From assembly GCA_002393975.1 (NCBI GenBank), contig DGSM01000009.1, forward strand, positions 1-49,970: DNA of 49,970 nucleotides, given 5' to 3'. Of this stretch, positions 35,332 through 43,786 are shown piece by piece. Origin of the DNA: Clostridiales bacterium UBA4362 (lineage in GTDB: Bacteria; Bacillota; Clostridia; TANB77; CAG-508). The notes under the pieces were generated by a model, which worked only from the letters and a program-made list of their open reading frames with translations, searched no databases and was not told the DNA's origin. Each line of letters opens with the position of its first letter. The stretch's first letter is position 1. The position numbers and the translations under genes are program-made.

Positions 35332-35525
35332 AAGATAATTCCTGCGTGGTACGTGAATATTAAATTTTTAGAACCAACAAATAGATTAAAGGGAGTCCGG
35401 CTTTGAATGCGGCGTGTAGGCTTAAAATATTATTTTAAGAAACCCAGTAACATTTAACACGACACCCACCTGTGCAAGCAGGCTCTTAAAACATTTAATA
35501 GCTACGGCCAACGCGGGATTTTTTA
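35332..35525 (+). ncRNA. ssrS: Candidate 6S RNA
   Basis: Stand-alone ~190-nt plus-strand unit between minus-strand genes. Promoter TTGCTT-17-TGaTATTTT. 5' AAUUCCUGCGUGG pairs with 3' CCAACGCGGGAUU in a long closing stem. There is an apical hairpin CUUAAAAUA-UU-AUUUUAAG. The 3' side has CACCCACCUGUGCAAGCAGGC, resembling (from memory) B. subtilis 6S-1 CUACCCACCUGUGUUUGAGUAGGC. It ends in UUUUUU. Confidence 0.5.
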
Positions 35526-35557
35526 TGTCTTTTAACCTTTAATATATTGTTTATAAT

Positions 35558-36382
35558 TTAATCCAACATTATCTTTCTTTTTAAAATATTATTTCTGATA
35601 TGACCTATCCCTTTAAATTCATTATCAACATATATCTTAACTAGCATATCTTCTGCTTCCCATTTTACTCTTACACCATTTAAAACTTTATTTAAAGTGT
35701 CTAGATTTACATCTATTCTTTTAACATCTAGTATATTTTCTATATCGATAAATTTATTTTCATCTTCTAGTTTATAATTTCCTACTCTAGTTCTAATCAA
35801 TGACTTCATAAAACCACAAGTTCCCAATTTTTCAGCTATATCCTCTGCAAGAACTCTTATATAGGTTCCTCTAGAACAATTAACAATAAATTTTATAATA
35901 TATTGATTTTTATCATATGATAATAGGCTAATACTATCTATATGAATAGGTCTTGCTTTTCTCTCTACTGTCTTTCCTTCTCTTGCAAGTTCATATAGTT
36001 TTTTACCATTAAGTTTTAAAGCAGAGTACATAGGAGGAATTTGCATAGAATCCCCTAAAAATGAATTTAGTACATCTGTAATTTCATTTTCAGAATAGTT
36101 TCCTACCTCTTTTTCTTCTATCACCTCTCCTTCACTGTCTCCAGTTTCAGTCTTTTTTCCTAGTTGAATCTCAGCAATATATTCTTTATCATGTTCAACA
36201 AGAAATTCAGAAAACTTTGTTGCTTTGCCAACCAAAACTGGTAATACTCCAGAAGCTAAGGGATCTAATGTTCCAATATGGCCAACTTTCTTTTCTCCTA
36301 ATTCTCTTTTTACTTTAGAACACATTTGAAAAGAACTCATGCCTACTGGTTTATTTGTAATTAAAATTCCGTTTTTGCTCAT
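35558..36382 (-). CDS. truB: tRNA pseudouridine(55) synthase TruB
   Basis: GHIGTLDPLASGVLPVLVG (catalytic Asp). ATG 36382 has GGAG 6 nt upstream; the TTG at 36394 in the ORF track overlaps this SD. Confidence 0.93.
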   Translation of the reverse strand: MSKNGILITNKPVGMSSFQMCSKVKRELGEKKVGHIGTLDPLASGVLPVLVGKATKFSEFLVEHDKEYIAEIQLGKKTETGDSEGEVIEEKEVGNYSENEITDVLNSFLGDSMQIPPMYSALKLNGKKLYELAREGKTVERKARPIHIDSISLLSYDKNQYIIKFIVNCSRGTYIRVLAEDIAEKLGTCGFMKSLIRTRVGNYKLEDENKFIDIENILDVKRIDVNLDTLNKVLNGVRVKWEAEDMLVKIYVDNEFKGIGHIRNNILKRKIMLD

Positions 36383-36445
36383 AATAATCTCCAATTAAAC
36401 TAAAAGCCAATATGAAATAAAATCATATTGGCTTTACATTATTTT

Positions 36446-37402
36446 TTATAATTGATGTTTAATTTCTTGAACTAATTTTTCTTTGATTTCTTCTGGTGTT
36501 AAATTAGTAGCTGTACATCCTGCAGCTTTACTATGTCCTCCACCACCAAATATTAATGCAACTTCTGAAACATTAACATATTTGTTAGATCTTAAAGAAA
36601 TTCTGTAACCATCCTCAATTTCATGCATAAATATATTTACTTCAACACCTTCAATGCTTCTACCTTCATTTACTAAGCCTTCATAATCACCTGTTTCAGC
36701 ATTAGCATCTTCTAAGTCTTTTTTAGTAATATATGAGAATGCTATTTTACCATCTTCTAATAATTCTAGCCTACTTAAAGCAATTTTTTGCAATTCAAAA
36801 TTTGCTCTAGATCTTTTAATTAATGTATCATTATAAATCTTGTTTAAGTGAACTCCTAATCCCATTAAACTAGATGCAATTTCAAAGGTTTCTTTAGAAA
36901 CTTTATCATATTGGAAGCCTCCTGTGTCAGTAACAATACCACACATTAAATTATCTCCAATATCTTGAGTTAGTTTCCATCTATAATGTCTAAACATTAA
37001 ATATAATACTTGTGCACATGCAGGGCTAGAATACTCTACATAGTTTAAATCTCCAAACATTGAATTGCTACTATGATGGTCAATAACAACAGTATAATCA
37101 GCATTTTCAAAATATCTAGACCAACCATTTAATAATTTAATAGTTGCAACATCTAGAGTAATTGCTAAATCATAATTTTCTCTAGTTCCCTCTTTTAAAG
37201 CATATTCAATACCTGGTAGTTCACTAAAACATTTTGCATATTCAGGAATAATCAAGTCAACATTTTCTTTTCCAATTCCTTTTAATGCTAAGTACATTGC
37301 CACACTAGAACCAATGGCATCACCATCTGGATTTTCATGAGTTAAAAGTACTATACTTTTAGCTTTTTTTATTTTTTTATAAATTTCATCTATTGTAGAC
37401 AT
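36446..37402 (-). CDS. nrnA: DHH/DHHA1 phosphoesterase NrnA-like (oligoribonuclease/pAp phosphatase)
   Basis: HENPDGDAIGS, VVIDHHSSN, DTGGFQY, GGGGHSKAAG. ATG 37402 is preceded by AGAGGA; the longer ORF would overlap rbfA by 38 nt. Confidence 0.88.
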   Translation of the reverse strand: MSTIDEIYKKIKKAKSIVLLTHENPDGDAIGSSVAMYLALKGIGKENVDLIIPEYAKCFSELPGIEYALKEGTRENYDLAITLDVATIKLLNGWSRYFENADYTVVIDHHSSNSMFGDLNYVEYSSPACAQVLYLMFRHYRWKLTQDIGDNLMCGIVTDTGGFQYDKVSKETFEIASSLMGLGVHLNKIYNDTLIKRSRANFELQKIALSRLELLEDGKIAFSYITKKDLEDANAETGDYEGLVNEGRSIEGVEVNIFMHEIEDGYRISLRSNKYVNVSEVALIFGGGGHSKAAGCTATNLTPEEIKEKLVQEIKHQL

Positions 37403-37418
37403 ATATTTCCTCTTATCC

Positions 37419-37808
37419 TTAATCATTGTTTTTATTCTTGTTTTTAATAGCATCATCTTGCTCTTTAATTTCTTTAAGTATGTTATCTATTCTGCTTCCT
37501 ACTAAACTAGAATCATCTAATTCAAATACAATTTCTGGAGTAATTCTAAGATTTACTGTATTTGCTACTCTAGATCTTATAAATCCTGAAGCTTTCTTTA
37601 AGCCTTGTAAGCTTTTTTGAACATTTTTAGAGTTCAAAAAGCTTACATAAACTTTAGCATATCTTAAATCTGGAGTACAATTAACTCTAGTTACACTAAT
37701 TATACCAGAAATATCTGAATTTTTTAATTCATAATCAATAACTTGAGAAATTTCTTTTTTTAGTTCTTCATTAACACGTCCCATACGATTTGTATTTTTA
37801 CGTATCAT
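37419..37808 (-). CDS. rbfA: Ribosome-binding factor A
   Basis: RMGRVNEELKKEISQVI, typical size, and position after infB. The start overlaps the infB stop (TAATG). Confidence 0.9.
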   Translation of the reverse strand: MIRKNTNRMGRVNEELKKEISQVIDYELKNSDISGIISVTRVNCTPDLRYAKVYVSFLNSKNVQKSLQGLKKASGFIRSRVANTVNLRITPEIVFELDDSSLVGSRIDNILKEIKEQDDAIKNKNKNND

Positions 37809-40630
37809 TATTTCTTAACCTCTTCCTTCTCAAAGCACTCAATATGATCGCCTTCTTTAATGTCATTATAATCTTCAATTTGAAGACCGCACTCGAAACC
37901 TTTAGAAACTTCTTTAGCATCATCTTTGAATCTCTTTAATGATACTAGTTTTCCTTCATGAATTACAATATCTTCTCTAATAACTCTAACACCAGCGTTT
38001 CTTGCAACTTTTCCATCAAGTACGAAACATCCAGCAATAGTTCCAACATTTGAAACTTTGAATACTTGTCTTACTTCTGCAGTACCAATATTTCTTTCAA
38101 TATATGTAGGTTCAAGCATTCCTTCCATTGCTTTTTGTACATCTTCAATTGCTTCATAGATTACAGAATATTGTTTGATTTCAATATTTTCTCTATCTGC
38201 TAAGTTCTTAGCTGAAGCTGTAGGTCTAACATCAAATGCAATTATAATAGCTTTTGCAGCTAGTGCTAATTGAACATCTGACTCTGTTACTGCACCTGCA
38301 CTTGAGTGAATTACAGATACTCTAATTTCATCATTTGATAATTTTTCAAGAGATGACTTAAATGCTTCTGCTGTTCCTTGAACATCAGTCTTAACAATAA
38401 TATTAAGTTGTTTCAAATCATCAGCTTTCATCTTATCAAATAGGTTATCAAGTGTAACCACATTTTTATTAGCAATAGCTTCTTCACGAGCTTCTAATTT
38501 TCTTGTTTCAATTAAGTGTTTTGCAACTTTTTCATTCTTAACTTCATAGAAGACATCTCCTGCTTCAGGAACGTCTTTTAATCCAGTAATAACAACAGGA
38601 GTAGAAGGTCCAGCTTTCTTAAGGTTTTTGCCTTTATCATCTTTCATAGATCTGATTTTACCAATAGAAGAACCAACAATAACTGTATCTCCTACATTTA
38701 AAGTTCCTCTTTGTACTAAAACAGATGCAACTGGTCCTTTACCTTTATCAAGTCTAGCTTCAATAACAGTACCTTTAGATTGTCTATTTGGATCTGCTCT
38801 TAAGTTTTGCATATCAGCAACTAATAGAACCATTTCTAATAAGTTATCAATATTGATATTTTTCTTAGCAGAAATAGGACAGAATATTGTATCTCCACCC
38901 CATTCTTCAGGAATTAATTCATATTTCATTAATTCTTGTTTTACTCTATCAACATTGGCTCCTGGTAAGTCTATTTTGTTAACAGCTACTATAATTGGAG
39001 TATTAGCTGCTTTAGCATGGTTAATAGCTTCAATTGTTTGAGGCATAACACCATCATCAGCTGCAACAACTAATATAGCAACATCTGTAATTTGAGCACC
39101 TCTAGCACGCATTGCTGTGAAAGCTTCGTGTCCTGGTGTATCTAAGAATGTTATTTCTCTATCATTTACTTTAACTTTATAAGCACCAATATGTTGTGTA
39201 ATACCACCTGCTTCACCTTCAATTACATTTGTTTGTCTAATAGCATCAAGTAATGATGTTTTACCATGGTCAACGTGACCCATAACAACAACTACTGGTG
39301 GTCTTGGTTGTAAATCTTCTTCTTTATCTTCAGAATCATCAAATAGAATATCTTCATCTTTAACAACTTCTTTTTGTATTGCTTTTATTCCAAATGAATC
39401 TGCAACTAAATAAGCTGTATCAAAGTCTAAATCTTGATTAATGTTAGCCATAATTCCAAGATCAAACAATTTCTTAATTACATCACTAGCTGTTTTCTTT
39501 AAATCTTGTGCTAAATCTTTAACAGAAATTGAAGATCCTATTGTTATTTCTTTTAATTCAAAGATTTGTTGTTTTTGATGTGTAGTCTCTTTCTTTTTCT
39601 TTCTTCTATTATTACGAGCTTCACTTAAATCGTAATAATCAAGCATTCCACCTTCTTGGTCTTCAAACATATTAGATAGTTTATCAACTTGTTTTAAGTC
39701 TCTTAACTTATCTTCATCAAATTCTTCAGAACCTCTTCTATTTCTAGCTGGTTTCTTTTTAGTGTCATCAAAGTTTCTGTTAGCTTTTCTCTTATCTATT
39801 AATTTAGAAGAAAAGTCTCTTCTATTTTCCTTCTCTATATCCTCAATCGAAGTCATATCTTGACTTGATGTCTTAGGTAAAGAAGGTCCATTATTAAATC
39901 TGTTATTTCTGTTGAAATTACCATCTTTAGGTTGTCTAAAGTTGTTATTATTTGGTCTTTGACCTTGACGATTTTTATTATCAAAATTACCTTGTGGTTT
40001 TCTATCTGTAGGAACTCTTGGAGTTCTTATTTGTTGCTCACTTTTAACTTGTCTTTGAACAGTAGGTGTTTTTGGTTTTTCTTCAGCAACCTTTGCAGTT
40101 TCCACTGGTTTTGTTTCTTTAACTTCAACCTTAGGCTCTGGTTTTACTTCTTCTTTCTTAGGTTCCTTTTTAGGCTCCTCTTTTGGCTTTAATCCAAAAA
40201 GTTCATTAATAGACATTGGTCTATTAGATTTATTTCTATAGACAATGTTATAATCTCTATTTCTTTCTTGATTGAAACCAATACCAGCTCTATTATTAGG
40301 CTTTGGTTTAGAAGCTTTTTGTTCATCTTTAACAATTACTTCTCTTCTAATAATAACATTTCCTGTGGTTTTAATATTGTTTTTAGTATTTTTATTATCG
40401 TCTTTATTTTCTTTATTCATACTATCGTTACGTTTTTCCTTTTTAGCATCTCCGCTATTTTTAATAGGAGGTTTGCTCTTAAAATTAGCTTTTATTTTAG
40501 CTTCATCTTCATCTGATATGGTATTTAAGTGTGAAGTAACTTCTATACCAATTTTATTAGCTAAGTCTATTATAGTTTTATTATCTACATTTAGATCTTT
40601 AGCTATTTCAAAAATCTTTTTCTTTCCCAA
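37808..40630 (-). CDS. infB: Translation initiation factor IF-2
   Basis: [25 protein letters not shown]-domain motifs. Low-complexity K/E/P/N-rich N-terminal region. Confidence 0.96.
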   Translation of the reverse strand: MGKKKIFEIAKDLNVDNKTIIDLANKIGIEVTSHLNTISDEDEAKIKANFKSKPPIKNSGDAKKEKRNDSMNKENKDDNKNTKNNIKTTGNVIIRREVIVKDEQKASKPKPNNRAGIGFNQERNRDYNIVYRNKSNRPMSINELFGLKPKEEPKKEPKKEEVKPEPKVEVKETKPVETAKVAEEKPKTPTVQRQVKSEQQIRTPRVPTDRKPQGNFDNKNRQGQRPNNNNFRQPKDGNFNRNNRFNNGPSLPKTSSQDMTSIEDIEKENRRDFSSKLIDKRKANRNFDDTKKKPARNRRGSEEFDEDKLRDLKQVDKLSNMFEDQEGGMLDYYDLSEARNNRRKKKKETTHQKQQIFELKEITIGSSISVKDLAQDLKKTASDVIKKLFDLGIMANINQDLDFDTAYLVADSFGIKAIQKEVVKDEDILFDDSEDKEEDLQPRPPVVVVMGHVDHGKTSLLDAIRQTNVIEGEAGGITQHIGAYKVKVNDREITFLDTPGHEAFTAMRARGAQITDVAILVVAADDGVMPQTIEAINHAKAANTPIIVAVNKIDLPGANVDRVKQELMKYELIPEEWGGDTIFCPISAKKNINIDNLLEMVLLVADMQNLRADPNRQSKGTVIEARLDKGKGPVASVLVQRGTLNVGDTVIVGSSIGKIRSMKDDKGKNLKKAGPSTPVVITGLKDVPEAGDVFYEVKNEKVAKHLIETRKLEAREEAIANKNVVTLDNLFDKMKADDLKQLNIIVKTDVQGTAEAFKSSLEKLSNDEIRVSVIHSSAGAVTESDVQLALAAKAIIIAFDVRPTASAKNLADRENIEIKQYSVIYEAIEDVQKAMEGMLEPTYIERNIGTAEVRQVFKVSNVGTIAGCFVLDGKVARNAGVRVIREDIVIHEGKLVSLKRFKDDAKEVSKGFECGLQIEDYNDIKEGDHIECFEKEEVKK

Positions 40631-40641
40631 ATAAATACCTC

Positions 40642-41823
40642 CTATTCATTATTTTCTTGTATCTTTTCTTCATCGTTTGATGGTTCTTCTGTCATTTCAC
40701 CTTCAGGCATTTCGCTTTCAGCCATTTGAGCTTCTTCAATAATTTTTCTAAATTGTGATTCACTCTTAATATCTATTTTCCATCCAGTAAGTCTAGCTGC
40801 AAGTTTTACATTTTGTCCTGCTTTTCCTATTGCTAAACTTAATTGATCATCTGCAACTATAACTTCAGCAAATTTTTCATCTTCCTTTGTATCAATTGCA
40901 AGTACTTCTGCTGGTAATAATGCTGCTGCTATAAATTTAGCTGGATCTTCATTCCATTCAATAACATCTATTTTTTCGCCTCTTAATTCATTAATTATGT
41001 TTTGAATACGAATTCCTTTTTGTCCTACACAAGATCCAACTGGGTCTATATTTGGATTTGCAGAGTAAACGGCAACTTTACTTCTTGAACCAGCTTCTCT
41101 AGAAATTGATTTAATTTCAATTAATCCTTCATAGATTTCTGGAATTTCTATTTTAAATAAGTTTTTAACAAATAATACATTTGCTCTAGATACAACTATT
41201 TGAGTTGATCCTTTAAATCCTTTTTCAACACTAACTATACAAGTTTTAAGCTTGTCATTTACACTGTAGCTTTCAGTTGGTACTTGTTCTTTTAAAGGCA
41301 TAATAGCTTCAACTTTTCCTAAATCTAAAACAACTGAATTTTTATCTGCCTTTTGAATTAGTCCTGTAACAATTTCACCTTTCTTTTGCTCAAATTCATT
41401 AAAGATTACATCTCTAGACATTTCTCTAATTTTTTGAGTAATTACTTGTTTAGCTGTTTGAGCTGCTATTCTACCAAAGCTTTTAGGCATTATTTCTATT
41501 TGAACTATGTCTCCAATTTCGTAATCGCTTTTTATTTTTCTTGCATCAGTAAGCTTAATTTCTTTTTGTTCATCTTCTACTTTTTTTACTACTTCTCTTT
41601 TTTGGTAAATATGCATTTGACCATCAGTCTTATCTAGGACAATATCTACATTTCCTTCTTCAGTACCATAGTTCTTGTTGTAGGCTAATACTAAAGCTTG
41701 CTCAATTGACTTCATTAGTTCTTCTTTATTAATTCCATTTTCTTTTTCTAATTCATCAAGAGCTGTAAACATCTCAACTGTATCAATCGCGTTATTATCT
41801 ATTTTTACATTCTTTTTCTTCAT
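40642..41823 (-). CDS. nusA: Transcription termination/antitermination factor NusA
   Basis: N-terminal domain, S1 ([21 protein letters not shown]), two KH domains ([24 protein letters not shown]), acidic tail. Confidence 0.95.
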   Translation of the reverse strand: MKKKNVKIDNNAIDTVEMFTALDELEKENGINKEELMKSIEQALVLAYNKNYGTEEGNVDIVLDKTDGQMHIYQKREVVKKVEDEQKEIKLTDARKIKSDYEIGDIVQIEIMPKSFGRIAAQTAKQVITQKIREMSRDVIFNEFEQKKGEIVTGLIQKADKNSVVLDLGKVEAIMPLKEQVPTESYSVNDKLKTCIVSVEKGFKGSTQIVVSRANVLFVKNLFKIEIPEIYEGLIEIKSISREAGSRSKVAVYSANPNIDPVGSCVGQKGIRIQNIINELRGEKIDVIEWNEDPAKFIAAALLPAEVLAIDTKEDEKFAEVIVADDQLSLAIGKAGQNVKLAARLTGWKIDIKSESQFRKIIEEAQMAESEMPEGEMTEEPSNDEEKIQENNE

Positions 41824-41825
41824 TT

Positions 41826-42335
41826 TTATTTATCTCCTCCTAAACTAAGACTAAAATCATAATATGTAGTAATCTTAGAAATATCCTTTCTTTCTATAAC
41901 AAATTCTTTATCTTCTTTGCTTTCATTATTTTTATTGTTTTCTAATAATATTTTAATTTTATCATCATCAAAAGAAATTAATCTTCCAATCAATTCTTTT
42001 TCTTTATCTATAGGTTTATAAAGATTAATTCTAACTAATGAATTTAAGTTTTTTTCAAAATGTTTATCAAGTCTAATTCTTCTCTCTAAGCCTGGAGAAG
42101 AAACCTCAAGATAATATTGATCTTTTATAAAGTCTTTTTCATCTAAAATGTCATTTATTTCATCATTAACTTTTTCGCAATCTTCAATTTGAATGCCATC
42201 ATCCTTATCGATAAATACACTCAAATGATTATCTTCTTTTCCTTTTTTCTCATAAATAACATCATATAGTTCATAGCCAATATTATTGATAATTGGTTCT
42301 AAACAAGTGAAAATATCTTTTTCTAATTTAGTCAT
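41826..42335 (-). CDS. rimP: Ribosome maturation factor RimP
   Basis: LEVSSPGLERRI motif and position upstream of nusA. ATG 42335 has AGGAG upstream; the TTG at 42353 is rejected. Confidence 0.9.
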   Translation of the reverse strand: MTKLEKDIFTCLEPIINNIGYELYDVIYEKKGKEDNHLSVFIDKDDGIQIEDCEKVNDEINDILDEKDFIKDQYYLEVSSPGLERRIRLDKHFEKNLNSLVRINLYKPIDKEKELIGRLISFDDDKIKILLENNKNNESKEDKEFVIERKDISKITTYYDFSLSLGGDK

Positions 42336-42353
42336 ATAATCTCCTATAAACAA

Positions 42354-42383
42354 AATTTAAAGAGTGGAATTGGCTTCCACTCT
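42354..42383 (-). terminator. Intrinsic terminator after aqpZ
   Basis: Minus strand AGAGUGGAA-GCCAA-UUCCACUCU followed by UUAAAUUUUG. Confidence 0.55.
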
Positions 42384-42453
42384 TTGCTCTCAAATTATGT
42401 ACAATACATATTATAACTTAAAATCCCATTTAAGTCAAGTATTTACGCTAATA

Positions 42454-43134
42454 TTAATCTTCTTCTTTCTTTAATGCAAACTTATAGAAATAAGCTGCTA
42501 ATGCTGCTCCTACAAATGGAGCAACTATAAATACCCATACTTGTTTTAAAGCTTCTCCGCCTACAAATACAGCTGGTGCTAAAGATCTTGCTGGGTTAAC
42601 TGATGTTCCAGTTAAAGGAATTCCTAAAATATGAACAAATGTTAATGTTAAACCAATAACAAGTCCAGCTATAGCTTCGTGTTTTTTATCTGCTGTAACT
42701 CCTAAAATTGTTAGTACAAATACAAATGTTAAGATAATTTCAGTTGTAAGAGCTCCACCAAGTCCTAGGTTAACTCCTGAAAGTTCTCCATAACCATTTG
42801 CTCCTAAAATTGAAGTATCAAGACCTGCATTATGTTTTAAAACTAGTAATAATCCAATACCAGCAAATGCTCCAAGTATTTGAGCTATTACATAGAAACA
42901 GAAATCTTTAACACTTATTTTTTTGTTAATAAGCATTGCAAGTGAAACAGCTGGATTTACATGGCATCCAGAAATTCCGCCTATAGCATAAGCCATAGCT
43001 ACTATTGCTAGACCGAAAGCTAAAGCAACTCCAACGTTACTAATTAATTCTTCTGCTCCTCCAATAGCTGCAGTACCACAACCAAATAGTACTAAAACTA
43101 AAGTTCCTACAAATTCGCATAAATATTTTTTCAT
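42454..43134 (-). CDS. aqpZ: Aquaporin Z-type MIP channel
   Basis: Two NPA boxes (HVNPAVS, SVNPARS), six TM helices, N-terminus KYLCEFVGTLVLVLFGCG. Confidence 0.9.
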   Translation of the reverse strand: MKKYLCEFVGTLVLVLFGCGTAAIGGAEELISNVGVALAFGLAIVAMAYAIGGISGCHVNPAVSLAMLINKKISVKDFCFYVIAQILGAFAGIGLLLVLKHNAGLDTSILGANGYGELSGVNLGLGGALTTEIILTFVFVLTILGVTADKKHEAIAGLVIGLTLTFVHILGIPLTGTSVNPARSLAPAVFVGGEALKQVWVFIVAPFVGAALAAYFYKFALKKEED

Positions 43135-43203
43135 AGAAAATTAATCTCCTTTCAAATTCTGATTGAATTATATTTCAAAATGTCCATTTAATCAATATAA
43201 ATA

Positions 43204-43234
43204 TAAAAAAAACCCTAGAATCATCTTCTAGGGT
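43204..43234 (-). terminator. Intrinsic terminator of the small membrane-protein gene
   Basis: Minus strand ACCCUAGAA-GAUGA-UUCUAGGGU followed by UUUUUUUU. Confidence 0.65.
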
Positions 43235-43274
43235 CAGTACAGTTGAAAAGGTTACATATTTGTTTTGACGAGTA

Positions 43275-43661
43275 TTACTTGAATGCAAAATGCCAGAAGA
43301 GGAATTGTGAACCACCTCCCATAAGGATAGTGATAAACACAAAATAAAAAATCATCTTCAGGTCTTCCTTAGTTACTTTTGCCTTTGTCTCGTGATATTC
43401 TTCAATTGTTGATTTGCTTAAACCAACGAGCATGAACAGGCAAACAATAGTTACATAATAGGAAAAGAACCATCCAACACAAGCTGCAACAATCCGTCCA
43501 GTAGAAAAGCCGTGTTTGTACAAATACATCCCAATGGCGATTTCGGAAATAAACCAAATCACCAAGGAAATGATAATTGATGCGACTCTTAAATGGTACC
43601 AGAAATTCTGCCTCTTAATCATCTTCCGATATTCTTCATCTGTCATCTCATTGCGGGACAT
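43275..43661 (-). CDS. Small (128 aa) 3-TM membrane protein of unknown function with atypical codon usage
   Basis: GGAGG lies 7 nt before ATG 43661. Three hydrophobic helices. It uses codons (CGC, CGG, AAG, CTG, CTC, TTC, ATC, GCC) that the neighbours avoid. Confidence 0.7.
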   Translation of the reverse strand: MSRNEMTDEEYRKMIKRQNFWYHLRVASIIISLVIWFISEIAIGMYLYKHGFSTGRIVAACVGWFFSYYVTIVCLFMLVGLSKSTIEEYHETKAKVTKEDLKMIFYFVFITILMGGGSQFLFWHFAFK

Positions 43662-43702
43662 AAGCACGCCTCCTTTTCTCATGAATCTTTTCAATATACT
43701 AC

Positions 43703-43722
43703 ATATGCAAATAATTGCATAT
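43703..43722. promoter_or_regulatory. Perfect palindromic operator-like site at the predicted transcription start of the small membrane-protein gene
   Basis: ATATGCAA-ataa-TTGCATAT. It lies immediately downstream of the minus-strand promoter TTGCTA-17-TATAAT (-10 at 43727-43732). Confidence 0.45.
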
Positions 43723-43754
43723 TTTAATTATACAATAGATTTACATAATTAGCA

Positions 43755-43786
43755 AGAAAAAATGGGTTACTATTTTGTAACCCATT
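43755..43786 (-). terminator. Intrinsic terminator of glgP whose 5' arm is the last glgP codons
   Basis: Minus strand AAUGGGUUAC-AAAAUA-GUAACCCAUU followed by UUUUUCUU. The stop codon (43770-43772) lies inside the hairpin. Confidence 0.6.

Noticed and set aside
35332-35525. SRP RNA, tmRNA or a riboswitch as the identity of the structured RNA
   Set aside because: It has no SRP domain IV motif, no tRNA-like ends or tag ORF, and no downstream plus-strand gene to regulate. Its size and rod-like fold fit 6S better.
37403-37456. Upstream in-frame starts from the ORF track for nrnA (37456); the same issue applies to truB (36394), rimP (42353), the small membrane protein (43694) and the PIN gene (6636)
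   Set aside because: In each case a downstream ATG has a properly spaced GGAG-type SD. The longer form either overlaps that SD, uses TTG, or overlaps the preceding gene.
39932-40634. Several 80-120-aa plus-strand ORFs antisense to the infB N-terminal region (similar antisense ORFs occur at 31086-31496, 4543-4800, 5329-5658, 17331-17678, 18011-18379, 25864-26247 and elsewhere)
   Set aside because: They are shadow ORFs antisense to well-supported genes, with low-complexity Phe/Ser/Leu/Ile-rich translations and no SD.
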